DNA from: Microgenomates group bacterium
GTDB taxonomy: Bacteria > Patescibacteriota > Microgenomatia > Daviesbacterales > UBA10151
NCBI GenBank assembly: GCA_041659805.1
Contig: JBAZXP010000001.1
Coordinates: 576,589-640,588 of the forward strand
Length of the DNA: 64,000 nucleotides
Direction: 5' to 3'
This document shows, piece by piece, positions 39,551 through 48,960 of the stretch. The position numbers and the translations under genes were made by a program. The notes under the pieces were generated by a model. It had not been told where the DNA came from and searched no databases. It saw only the letters and a list, made by a program, of their open reading frames with translations. Each line of letters starts with the position of its first letter. The stretch's first letter is position 1.

Positions 39551-40943
39551 AGATTTACTAGATAAAATAGTTGCACTTTGTAAAAGAAGAGGATTTATTT
39601 TTGCGGGATCCGAGATTTACGGAGGTCTTGCTAATACTTATGATTTCGGTCCTCTTGGGGCTGAACTAAAACGTAATTTGACTAATTTCTGGTGGCAGAA
39701 CTTTGTGTCAAAACGCGAGGATATGTTGGGGCTTGATTCATCTATTTTGATGAGCCCAAAAGTATGGGAAGCTTCAGGACACACAGCAAGTTTTACAAAT
39801 GTGCTAATAGATTGCACCACCTGTAAACTCAGGACCAGAACTGATCACTTGATTGAAGATGCATTACCTGAAATTAAGGATGTAGAGGGTTTACCGCTCG
39901 AAGAATTAGACAAAATTATTGCTGAAAATAAAATTAAATGTCCTAATTGTGGAAAATCAACCTGGACAAAATCACGTAATTTTAATCAATTATTTGAAAC
40001 AAAAGTTGGAATTCTAACTTCTGAAAAAAATACTGCATATTTGCGGGGAGAACTGGCGCAGGGAATGTTTGTTAATTTTAAACAGGTTTTAGACAGTATG
40101 CATCCCAAATTGCCTTTTGGTTTGGCTCAATCCGGTAAAGTCTTTAGAAACGAAATTACCATGGGTAAATTTACTTTCAGAACTTTGGAGTTTGATTTAG
40201 CTGAATTTGAATATTTTGTGCGTCCTGATGAATGGGAAAAAACATTTGAATATTGGAAAAAAGAAATGTGGGAGTTCGCGTTGTCATTAGGACTTGATGA
40301 AAAGAAATTGCGTTGGAGGCCTCATTCCGAAAAAGAACTTTCTCATTATTCCAAAAGAACTGAAGATTTAGAATATGAATTTCCTTGGGGGTATAAAGAG
40401 ATGTGGGGTTTGGCATACCGCACTGATTTTGACTTAAAAAATCACATGGAACAATCAGGTGTTGATTTAAGATATATAGACCCCTTTACCAATGAAAAAT
40501 TTATTCCGCATGTGATTGAACCAACTTTCGGTTTGTCCCGTTTAATTACAATTTTGTTGATGGACGCTTACTTTGAAGATACTGAAAAACAAAGGGTTGT
40601 TTTAAAATTGCCTATTCAATTGGCTCCATATAAAGCTGCTGTTTTTCCGTTGCTCGCCAATAAACCAAAACTCGTTAAAAAGGCTAAAGAAATTTTCAAT
40701 GATTTGAAGAAAGATTTTGTTGTGGCTTGGGATGAAAGAGGAAATATTGGTAAAAGATATGCGTCGCAAGATGAAGCGGGAACACCGTATTGTTTAACTA
40801 TTGACTTCCAGAGCTTAGAGGATGATACAGTAACTATGAGAGACAGGGATACTGCCAAACAGGAAAGAATAAAGATTGATGAATTATCAAAAGAAATTTC
40901 AAATCGAATAAATAAAAATGGGTCTAGAGTCTCCACAACATGA
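39543..40943 (+). CDS. glyQS: Glycine--tRNA ligase, alpha2 type
   Basis: LCKRRGF, EIYGG, YDFGPLG, YLRGELAQG, GKVFRNEI, ELSHYS, PHVIEPTFG, IGKRYASQDEAGTP. Confidence 0.97.
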   Translation: MDKDLLDKIVALCKRRGFIFAGSEIYGGLANTYDFGPLGAELKRNLTNFWWQNFVSKREDMLGLDSSILMSPKVWEASGHTASFTNVLIDCTTCKLRTRTDHLIEDALPEIKDVEGLPLEELDKIIAENKIKCPNCGKSTWTKSRNFNQLFETKVGILTSEKNTAYLRGELAQGMFVNFKQVLDSMHPKLPFGLAQSGKVFRNEITMGKFTFRTLEFDLAEFEYFVRPDEWEKTFEYWKKEMWEFALSLGLDEKKLRWRPHSEKELSHYSKRTEDLEYEFPWGYKEMWGLAYRTDFDLKNHMEQSGVDLRYIDPFTNEKFIPHVIEPTFGLSRLITILLMDAYFEDTEKQRVVLKLPIQLAPYKAAVFPLLANKPKLVKKAKEIFNDLKKDFVVAWDERGNIGKRYASQDEAGTPYCLTIDFQSLEDDTVTMRDRDTAKQERIKIDELSKEISNRINKNGSRVSTT

Positions 40944-42336
40944 GTGCGGCGTAATAGGTATTTTTTCTCCCGGAAAAGAAGTTAGTCAAGAAATTTTTTA
41001 TGGTTTAATTGCTCTTCAAAATAGAGGACAGGAAGGCAGTGGAATTGCTACAGTTGATGAAAATGGCAAGATATATCTCCGTAAAGATGAAGGCCTGGTT
41101 TATGCTGTTTACAGTAAAGATGACATTGCTTCTTTAAAGGGGAGTATTGGTGTGGGTCATAATAGATATGGGATAACAGGTAAATCATCAAAAGAAAACG
41201 CTCACCCATTTTTGGTTGACTCGGATATCGGACCTTTTGCATTTGTACACAATGGTAATATTCATAATACTTTAGAATTGCGGAAAGAATTAGCCGAAAA
41301 CGGGGTAAAATTTGATTCTTCTACAGATAGTGAGGTGGTTGCTCAACTGATTGCAAAGTCTTCTGCCAAAACAATGGTTGGAAAAATAAAAGAAGCTGCC
41401 CCTAAAATAAAAGGAGCTTACAGTTGCTTAATTGCCAACAAAGATTCTCTTATTGGTTTTAAGGATCCCAGAGGAGTTTGGCCTTTAAGTATAGGAAGAT
41501 TTAATGGTAATGGTTATATTGTAGCTTCAGAAACAAATGGTATAGAAAAAGCAGGCGGATCTAATTGTGAAGATATTAATGCTGGTGAAATTGTAGTAAT
41601 TGACAGAGAGGGTGCAAGGTATGATTCTCTGGGAAGAGAGCAGGAATCTTTGTGTAGCTTTGAATATTACTATTTTTGTGATCCTTATAGTAAGTTACTT
41701 GGGAGGAGAGTGGAAAACGCCAGATTTGATATGGGGGTTGCTTTGGCAGAAGAACATTCTTTTGATGCTGATTGGATTATACCTGTACCAGAGACAGCCA
41801 GGCCTGCAGCAGAAGGATATGCATTTGCCTCAAAAATTCCAGTAAGAAGTGCATTAATTAGGAACAGATGGTTGGGAAGAACATTTATTGAACCTTCTCA
41901 AAGGCTTCGTGAACTTGCTGCTGAGTTGAAATATGGATCTCTGCCAGAAATTATAGAGGGGAAAAAGATAATTGTGATTGATGACACTATTGTTAGAGGA
42001 ACAACTACAAAAAAACTTGTAAAACTGGTAAGAAATGCAGGAGCAAAAGAAGTAAGTGTTTTAAGTACCGCGCCACCAATCAGAGGTGTATGTTGGGATG
42101 GAGTGGATACGGCTGATCTTTCGGAACTGATTGCTGCCAATAAGAGTATAGAAGAAATAAGAGCATTTATCGGTGCTGATCACCTGGGTTATCTTAGCTT
42201 GGAAGCAGGGATAAAGGCAATTGGATTGAATTTAAAAGACAGGCTTTGCATAAGTTGTTTTACAGGACAATACAGGATGCAAATTCCGAACGGACGTGAT
42301 AAATTTATACTGGAAGGTGAAAAAGTACATGCCTAA
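40918..42336 (+). CDS. purF: Amidophosphoribosyltransferase (Fe-S type, with short propeptide)
   Basis: Propeptide then ECGVIG (Ntn Cys), LQNRGQE, GHNRY, HNGN, DSE, CSFEYYYF, DDTIVRGTT, CISC. Confidence 0.93.
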   Translation: MGLESPQHECGVIGIFSPGKEVSQEIFYGLIALQNRGQEGSGIATVDENGKIYLRKDEGLVYAVYSKDDIASLKGSIGVGHNRYGITGKSSKENAHPFLVDSDIGPFAFVHNGNIHNTLELRKELAENGVKFDSSTDSEVVAQLIAKSSAKTMVGKIKEAAPKIKGAYSCLIANKDSLIGFKDPRGVWPLSIGRFNGNGYIVASETNGIEKAGGSNCEDINAGEIVVIDREGARYDSLGREQESLCSFEYYYFCDPYSKLLGRRVENARFDMGVALAEEHSFDADWIIPVPETARPAAEGYAFASKIPVRSALIRNRWLGRTFIEPSQRLRELAAELKYGSLPEIIEGKKIIVIDDTIVRGTTTKKLVKLVRNAGAKEVSVLSTAPPIRGVCWDGVDTADLSELIAANKSIEEIRAFIGADHLGYLSLEAGIKAIGLNLKDRLCISCFTGQYRMQIPNGRDKFILEGEKVHA

Positions 42337-43204
42337 AATTAATAATCTTTTACACAATAAGCTTACACTCGGTTTAATTATAATAATTATTGTTTTAATT
42401 GTTGGAGGTGTATTTGCCTATCAAAAATTTATTTCTTCTAAGGATGATTCTCAGATTTTAGAGGAGGTTGATTTGCCTTTTGATCCTGAAGGACCCTATG
42501 CCTTGCTTTATCCGAGAAAAGATGGAAATGCATTAGTACTAAATCTTAAAAGGACTGGTTCTTATGACAAGATTAGTTATGACTTAGCTTATGTAAGCGA
42601 AGCAGAAAAAAGTTCAGAGTCAGGGGAAGTGCCTTCCGGAGGGATTGATCGGGGTGTGTCTGGTGATATTAATACAAAGGATAAAAAAGGAGAATATGAA
42701 CAGGAAATTCTATTTGGAACTTGTAGCAAAAATGTATGTAAATATGATAAAGGTGTGGAAAACGGAACTCTAACTCTTCATATTCAAAAAGGAAACCATG
42801 CATATCGAATGATTACCCAGTGGCATATACAAAAACCTGATATTGCATTGGGAAAATTAACATCAGGAGACACTCATTTTATCTATCAAATTGACCCCAA
42901 TTCTACCCAGCTTTCTCTAGTAGATTATTCTATTATTAATGATTTATCAGGTGCGCCTAAATTAGCAGGTGATAAACAGATTCTCGGAAAAGTTTATGGA
43001 GTAAATGCACCCGTTGCAAAGACTATGCCTTTTGGTCAAATTACGATTGAACTGGCTGAAAACCCGCCGGTTGACGCAAAAATAGCCCGTTTTGATGAGT
43101 CGTTAAATAAATGGATAGAAATGGATACTAAAATAAGTGGCAGTACTTTAACTGCAAAATCAGACACAGCAGGGATTATCACTGTTCTTTCTGCAACGAA
43201 ATAA
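42329..43204 (+). CDS. Hypothetical membrane-anchored exported protein
   Basis: N-terminal TM; beta-rich domains with a Cys pair (FGTCSKNVCKYDKG). Confidence 0.75.
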   Translation: MPKINNLLHNKLTLGLIIIIIVLIVGGVFAYQKFISSKDDSQILEEVDLPFDPEGPYALLYPRKDGNALVLNLKRTGSYDKISYDLAYVSEAEKSSESGEVPSGGIDRGVSGDINTKDKKGEYEQEILFGTCSKNVCKYDKGVENGTLTLHIQKGNHAYRMITQWHIQKPDIALGKLTSGDTHFIYQIDPNSTQLSLVDYSIINDLSGAPKLAGDKQILGKVYGVNAPVAKTMPFGQITIELAENPPVDAKIARFDESLNKWIEMDTKISGSTLTAKSDTAGIITVLSATK

Positions 43205-43276
43205 TTTTCGTTTTCACAACAAGATAAATTTATTGTTTTAGCTTCAAATTACTTTCTTTTTTCGTGAAAAGGGGTA

Positions 43277-43330
43277 TTGACTTATTTTTTCAATGGTTTA
43301 ATATGGATAAAGATGGTGAAAAAAGGTGAA
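43277..43330 (+). promoter_or_regulatory. dcw (mraZ) promoter with overlapping 10-bp-periodic MraZ-binding repeats
   Basis: TTGACT (43277-82), N16, TAATAT (43299-304). Four phased 10-mers caATGGttta / atATGGataa / agATGGtgaa / aaAAGGtgaa at 43291-43330. Confidence 0.7.
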
Positions 43331-43377
43331 GTCACATTCGTGATTGATCCATCATATTCTGCCCGGAAAGAACCTCA

Positions 43378-43782
43378 ATGTTTTTGGGCGAATATCAAAC
43401 CAAATTTTCTGGACAAGGAAGGATTATCCTACCTAAGAAATTCCGAAAAGAATTATCCGGGTTTAAGGAAATAGTTTTAAGTAGAGGATTTGAGGGATGT
43501 ATTTGGGGTTATTCTGTACCTGATTTTGCCAAAGAGGCAGAAAGACAATTGGCAATCTCGCCAACTGAGGAAGGAGCAAGGCATTTAAGGCGATATTTAT
43601 TTTCAGGAGCAGAGGAAACAATATTGGATGAACAGGGTAGATTTGTAATACCGAAAGCTCTAATAGATTATGCGGGTTTGGCAACAGAGGTGGTTTTAAT
43701 CGGAACAGGGGATCATTTTGAAATTTGGGATCCCCAAAAATGGAGTGATCTAATTAGTAAAATCACTCAGGAAGGGAAATGA
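43378..43782 (+). CDS. mraZ: Division/cell wall cluster transcriptional regulator MraZ
   Basis: MFLGEY...QGRIILPKKFR, RGFEGC, LDEQGRFVIP, IGTGDHFEIWD. Confidence 0.95.
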   Translation: MFLGEYQTKFSGQGRIILPKKFRKELSGFKEIVLSRGFEGCIWGYSVPDFAKEAERQLAISPTEEGARHLRRYLFSGAEETILDEQGRFVIPKALIDYAGLATEVVLIGTGDHFEIWDPQKWSDLISKITQEGK

Positions 43783-43856
43783 TTTGGCTATTATTAAAAA
43801 AATCTGGATATTAGATTCATTAATGAAATTATGGTTAAGTCCTGTGAAATAAAGAT

Positions 43857-44201
43857 ATGAAAAGAATTATTTTAGAAGAAAAGAGGAGAACAATGATAGC
43901 GCATACCCTTAGGGGCTCTTCTTCAAAGATGCGTCTTACTATTGGCTGTTTAACTGTTCTATTGATTATTCTTTTTGTAGAAATTTGGGTTGCAAACAGA
44001 ACATCTACTTATGGAGATAAAATTTATCAATTAAAACAATCTCAAGCACGTCTTGAACTTGAAAATCAAGTACTGGCAAACTCGATTGCTGCGTCATCTG
44101 CTATGGTTTTACTTGAGAGAAAAGCAAATCTCTTGGGTTTTAATACAATAAACCAACTTGATTATATTAAGCTTTCAGATAAACTTGCTTCTGCTAACTA
44201 G
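43857..44201 (+). CDS. ftsL: Cell division protein FtsL-like
   Basis: Short cytoplasmic tail, one TM, leucine-zipper coil, ERKANLLGF; lies between mraZ and ftsI. Confidence 0.65.
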   Translation: MKRIILEEKRRTMIAHTLRGSSSKMRLTIGCLTVLLIILFVEIWVANRTSTYGDKIYQLKQSQARLELENQVLANSIAASSAMVLLERKANLLGFNTINQLDYIKLSDKLASAN

Positions 44202-44245
44202 ATTGTGTAAGAATTGTTTTGTCCCTATATTAAGATATCTTTTTC

Positions 44246-45967
44246 ATGAGGCTTAAGCTTGTTAAGTTAATCTATTATTCATTTATATTTTTAATCCTTA
44301 TAAGGTTATTCTATTGGCAAATAATTCGCTTTGATGATATGTCTGCGATGGCTGAGAAGCAGCATCTCTCAACATCTTCACTTAGTGCTCCCAGGGGAAT
44401 AATCTATTCAGAAGATGGGGGAATTTATGCAACCAACAAACCAGTATATACACTTTTTTCAAATCCTACCTTAATAAAAGACAAAAAAACTGCTGTCGGT
44501 GAACTTGCAAATATTCTTGCATTAGCAAAAATAGAACCTACTGATACTGATTATAAGAAGCAATTGATAAACATCAGAGAAGCCTTAAATAACAAGCTTA
44601 ATCAAAATCTAAGCTGGGTTGCATTAGAACGAAACATAGAACTAGAAACTAAAAAATCCATTGAAAGCTTAAAAATTCCGGGAATAGGTTTTGATGAAAA
44701 CTCTGCAAGATTATATCCAGAAAGCTCTTCAGCGGCGAATATTTTGGGCTTTGTCGGCTTGGATAAAATAGGTAACCCTAAAGGATATTTTGGAATTGAA
44801 GGTTATTATGACAGGCAGTTAACCGGTGTTAAAGGTGAAATTACTGAAGAGAAAGATGCAGAAGGATTGCCTATTCTAATGGGTACTTTTTCCTTGCAGG
44901 ATTCCAAAAAAGGATATGATTTAACTTTGAATATTGACCGTGGAGTTCAGTATATTGTGGAGAAGAAATTAAAACTTGGTTTAGAAAAATACGGAGCAAA
45001 ATCCGGCTCTGTTGTAGTGATGGATCCTTTTACAGGTGCGATATTGGCAATGGCAACTTTTCCGAATTATGATCCGAATGACTATACAAATTATCCAAAG
45101 GATTCATTTAAAAATTTAGTTGTAGCAGACTCATATGAACCGGGTTCGACTTTCAAGACTTTAATTATGGCTGCCGGTATAAATGAGAATGTAGTGAAGC
45201 CGGAAACAATTTGTGACGAAACTTGTGAGGGACCAGTAGCTATTGGTGAATACAAAATCCGTACACATGATAACAAATATAGGAAAAAAGAGACCATGCA
45301 GGATGTTATTACTCAGTCAGATAATACCGGAATGGTTTTTGTAGGACGAAAATTGGGAGAGGATAAAGTTTTTGATTATATTCAGCGTTTCGGAATAGGC
45401 AAGCTTACTCAAGTTGATTTAGAGGACGAGATTACGCCTGATTTGAGATTAAGAAAAGATTGGAAGGAAATTGACTATGCAACGGCGACATTTGGACAGG
45501 GTATTGCTGTCACCCCAATTCAAATGGTAAAGGCTGTTGCATCAATTGCAAATGGAGGGTATTTAATGGAACCGCATGTTGTTAAAAATATAAACACGAA
45601 GAATAAGATATCAGAAATAAAACCTAAAATTGTCGGGAATCCTATTTCTAAAGAAACTGCATATACTGTGAAAGAAATGATGGTTAAGGCAGTAGATGAA
45701 GGAGAGGCCGGTGGATATGCTCCTAAAAATTATAAAATTGCCGGTAAAACAGGTACAGCTCAAATTCCAATAGCAGGACATTATGATGCAACAAAATACG
45801 TTGCCTCTTTTGTAGGATTTGCACCAGCAGATAATCCAAAATTTATTATGTTAGTCCGCTATGTAGAACCGACATCTTCAATTTACGGAACTTCAACTGC
45901 AGCTCCTACTTTTTTTGAAATTGCCAAAGAGCTTTTTTCGTATTATCAAATTACGCCTGATCGATAG
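44246..45967 (+). CDS. ftsI: Class B penicillin-binding protein (FtsI/PBP2-like)
   Basis: PRGII, RLYP, GIEG, SxxK (EPGSTFK), SxN (SDN), KTG (AGKTGTAQ). Confidence 0.9.
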   Translation: MRLKLVKLIYYSFIFLILIRLFYWQIIRFDDMSAMAEKQHLSTSSLSAPRGIIYSEDGGIYATNKPVYTLFSNPTLIKDKKTAVGELANILALAKIEPTDTDYKKQLINIREALNNKLNQNLSWVALERNIELETKKSIESLKIPGIGFDENSARLYPESSSAANILGFVGLDKIGNPKGYFGIEGYYDRQLTGVKGEITEEKDAEGLPILMGTFSLQDSKKGYDLTLNIDRGVQYIVEKKLKLGLEKYGAKSGSVVVMDPFTGAILAMATFPNYDPNDYTNYPKDSFKNLVVADSYEPGSTFKTLIMAAGINENVVKPETICDETCEGPVAIGEYKIRTHDNKYRKKETMQDVITQSDNTGMVFVGRKLGEDKVFDYIQRFGIGKLTQVDLEDEITPDLRLRKDWKEIDYATATFGQGIAVTPIQMVKAVASIANGGYLMEPHVVKNINTKNKISEIKPKIVGNPISKETAYTVKEMMVKAVDEGEAGGYAPKNYKIAGKTGTAQIPIAGHYDATKYVASFVGFAPADNPKFIMLVRYVEPTSSIYGTSTAAPTFFEIAKELFSYYQITPDR

Positions 45968-45981
45968 GGTATAATATCATA

Positions 45982-47169
45982 ATGACTATAAAATTACGTA
46001 AGTTCATTCCTCACTCTTTTGTAAATTATGGTAAGCATTTGCCAAAGGCTGTGGTGGCAAGTGTGAGGCATGGTTTTCCTGGTAAAAAACTCCATGTGAT
46101 TGGAGTAACAGGGACAGATGGGAAAACCACTACTGTTAACATGATTTACCAAATCCTCAAAGCTGCCGGGAAAAAAGTTTCTATGATTTCAACTATTAAT
46201 GCTGAAATAGGAGGTAAAAGTTATGATACAGGTTTACATGTTACCAGTCCAGAGGCATCAGATATTCAAAAATTTATGAAAAAATCTTTAGAAAACGGAG
46301 ATGAATATATGGTGCTTGAAGTTTCTTCTCATGCTCTGGAACAATTTAGGGTTTGGAGTATTAATTTTGAGATTGGGGTAATAACTAATATTACCTCTGA
46401 TCATCTTGATTATCACGGAAGTTTAAAAAATTATATTGAAGCTAAAAGTAAGTTAATTAAAAATGTTAAGTGGGCAATATTAAATAAAGATGATTCTTAT
46501 TTTGAAATATTAAAAAAGATGACTTCTGGTAAAATCCTTACTTTTCCCAGTAATCTTGGTTTAAATTTAAAAATTATCGGAGATTTTAATATTTTAAATG
46601 CAGAAGCGGCCTTTTTAGTGGGAAGAACTTTGGATATTGATGAAAAATTGATTAAAAATACTTTAGAAAATTTTGCCGGTTTAGTTGGACGAATGGAAGA
46701 AATTGATAATGAACTTGGTATTAAAATATTCGTCGATTTTGCAACTAATCAAAACGCTTTGGAAAATGCGCTAACAGCTCTTAGAAAACAAACAAAAGGA
46801 AAGCTGATTGCTTTATTTGGTGTTCCGTCTGAGCGTGATTCCAGTAAAAGACCATTGATGGGTGAAGTGTCTGCTAAACTGGCTGACATTACCGTTTTGA
46901 CTGAAGATGATCCGAGATTTGAAGATAAAAATAAAATTATTGAAGAAATTGCTGAAGGGTATTATAAAATTAAAGGGAAAAATGATAAAAATCTTTATAA
47001 AGAACCTAATCGTCAGAAAGCAATTCAGATAGCGATCGATTTAGCTAAAAGAGGAGATGTAGTAGGACTTTTTGGTAAGGGGCATGAAAAATCTATGAGT
47101 TATCAAGGTCTAGAACTTCCTTGGTCTGATTCTGATGCTGTAAAGGAAGTTATATGGAAGAAAAAATAA
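45982..47169 (+). CDS. murE: Mur ligase MurE (UDP-MurNAc-dipeptide amino acid ligase), N-terminally reduced
   Basis: GVTGTDGKTTT, LEVSSH, TNITSDHLDYH, GRME, DDPR, GKGHE. Confidence 0.85.
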   Translation: MTIKLRKFIPHSFVNYGKHLPKAVVASVRHGFPGKKLHVIGVTGTDGKTTTVNMIYQILKAAGKKVSMISTINAEIGGKSYDTGLHVTSPEASDIQKFMKKSLENGDEYMVLEVSSHALEQFRVWSINFEIGVITNITSDHLDYHGSLKNYIEAKSKLIKNVKWAILNKDDSYFEILKKMTSGKILTFPSNLGLNLKIIGDFNILNAEAAFLVGRTLDIDEKLIKNTLENFAGLVGRMEEIDNELGIKIFVDFATNQNALENALTALRKQTKGKLIALFGVPSERDSSKRPLMGEVSAKLADITVLTEDDPRFEDKNKIIEEIAEGYYKIKGKNDKNLYKEPNRQKAIQIAIDLAKRGDVVGLFGKGHEKSMSYQGLELPWSDSDAVKEVIWKKK

Positions 47170-47741
47170 ATCTTTTAGTCAGCCAGCTTGGTGAAATTAG
47201 GGTAAAAAAAGATGCTGATATTGGTGAGTATTTAGGTGAAAATTATAAAGGAAAAATCGGAGCTTTATATATCGCAACATCTGTTTCTGAATTGATTAAA
47301 GTTGTGACTTTGTGTGAAGAGCTAAATATAACTTATTTATTAATCGGTTCAGGAAGTAAGGTTTTTATTAAAGATTCTAAATTACCAGTTTTGATAATCA
47401 AAAACCGCAGCAAGAACCTTAAAATTTTTGGAGTAAAAGGAAAAGTATCACGTTCTGGTATAGGAATTAAAGAAGCCTTTGTGGAGGCTGACTCAGGAGT
47501 TACTCTGCCTGATTTAGCAGCTTTTTCTGAAAGTCAGGGTCTTGCAGGCTTTGATGATTTAAGGCTGTCTAAAAGTACTGTTGGGGGGTCTATTTTAAGC
47601 AATAAAATTTTGCAAGATAAGGTAACTCAGATAATTGTTTTAAGTAATAAAAATACAGAAAACAGAAAAGAGATTCAAGAGCTATCAAGCAATGAAGTTA
47701 TACTAAGAGTAATTTTTCACTTAAAAGCAAGGGAAGTTTAA
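47154..47741 (+). CDS. murB: Truncated/degenerate MurB-like protein (partial FAD-binding region only)
   Basis: LLIGSGSKV (cf. LGxGSN), VEADSGVTL (cf. AxAG), GLAGFDDL...STVGGS (cf. GLSGLEF..GIPGTVGG). Only 195 aa and no C-terminal domain. Confidence 0.6.
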   Translation: MEEKINLLVSQLGEIRVKKDADIGEYLGENYKGKIGALYIATSVSELIKVVTLCEELNITYLLIGSGSKVFIKDSKLPVLIIKNRSKNLKIFGVKGKVSRSGIGIKEAFVEADSGVTLPDLAAFSESQGLAGFDDLRLSKSTVGGSILSNKILQDKVTQIIVLSNKNTENRKEIQELSSNEVILRVIFHLKAREV

Positions 47742-47776
47742 AATTGTTTGTATTTAAAGTATAATTCTAGGCGTGT

Positions 47777-48958
47777 ATGGAGATTAAAAATCATCCGATT
47801 TGGAATAATATAAAATCCTATAAAAAGCCTGCTCACCTAGCAAGGTTTTTTGTAGCAAAGCGTTATGCCTGTTTATTTTCCAGAACAACTTTTATTGGCA
47901 TTACTGGTTCAGTAAGCAAAACGAGCACCACTATCAGTTGTTTGAATGTTCTTTCGGAAAAATTCACAACAATTGCAACAGATATAAATCTGGATTCTAT
48001 TTTAAATATCCCTATCACTTTATTAAAAGCAAGGCCAAAAACAAAAAAAGTTATTCTTGAAATGGGGGTAGAATACCCCGGTGAGATGGATTTTTATCTT
48101 TCGTTGGTTCGTCCTGCTACCGCAATAATTACCAGAATATCTTACGCTCATAGTGAGTTTTTAGGGAATATAGAAGGGATTTTAAAAGAGAAGTCTCCTT
48201 TAGTAAAACAACTTCCCAAAAACGGTTTTGCAATTTTAAATTACGATGATCCGTATTGCAGAAGACTTGCAAAGGAAACAGAAGCTCAGGTAATTTTTTA
48301 TGGCTTTGATAGTCAAAAATGTGATGTTTGGAGTTCAAATGTAAGACTGGAAGATGGACTCACAAAATTTGAATTAAATTATGGGGTAGAAAGAGTAGAG
48401 GTCTCTTTTAAGTTTTTAGGCCGTCACATGGTATATCCTGCACTAGCGGCTGCAGCATTAGGGATTAGCTGTGATATGAATCTTATACAAATTAAAAAAG
48501 GTTTAGAAAAAGTAAAACCTGTTTCTCATAGGCTACAGCTATTAGAAGGAATAAACGGTTTTAATGTAATAGATGACACTCACAACTCATCTCCGGCAGC
48601 TGTAGAAGAGGCGCTGAATGTTTTAAATGAGTTACCTGCTAAAAAAAGAATTGCAATACTAGGAGAGATGAAAGAATTAGGGGATTATTCTGAACACCTT
48701 CATCGAAGTATTGCTCAAAAAATCGTTAAAGACAGAATTGATTTAGTGCTTCTTGGATCAGGAGATGCAGTATTTATTTATGACGAATTAATTAAATTAG
48801 GATTTCCAAGTGAACGCGTCGAAGCTAATTTATCGAATACACAATTAGTTTCTAAAATAGTCAGATTCGCAGGAAAAGGGGATTTGGTATTAATAAAAGG
48901 GTCGCATGCTGTTAAACTGAATGAAGTGGTTCAAAGGATTACAAAGCATAAAAAATAA
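47777..48958 (+). CDS. murF: UDP-MurNAc-tripeptide--D-Ala-D-Ala ligase MurF (lacks the usual N-terminal domain)
   Basis: IGITGSVSKT, ILEMG, AHSEFLG, EKS, LNYDD, IDDTHNSSP, LGEMKELG, LIKGS. Confidence 0.88.
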   Translation: MEIKNHPIWNNIKSYKKPAHLARFFVAKRYACLFSRTTFIGITGSVSKTSTTISCLNVLSEKFTTIATDINLDSILNIPITLLKARPKTKKVILEMGVEYPGEMDFYLSLVRPATAIITRISYAHSEFLGNIEGILKEKSPLVKQLPKNGFAILNYDDPYCRRLAKETEAQVIFYGFDSQKCDVWSSNVRLEDGLTKFELNYGVERVEVSFKFLGRHMVYPALAAAALGISCDMNLIQIKKGLEKVKPVSHRLQLLEGINGFNVIDDTHNSSPAAVEEALNVLNELPAKKRIAILGEMKELGDYSEHLHRSIAQKIVKDRIDLVLLGSGDAVFIYDELIKLGFPSERVEANLSNTQLVSKIVRFAGKGDLVLIKGSHAVKLNEVVQRITKHKK

Positions 48959-48960
48959 AA

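Noticed and set aside
43277-43474. 65-aa ORF upstream of and overlapping mraZ
   Set aside because: Its TTG start is the -35 box of the mraZ promoter and it spans the MraZ operator; there is no protein signal.
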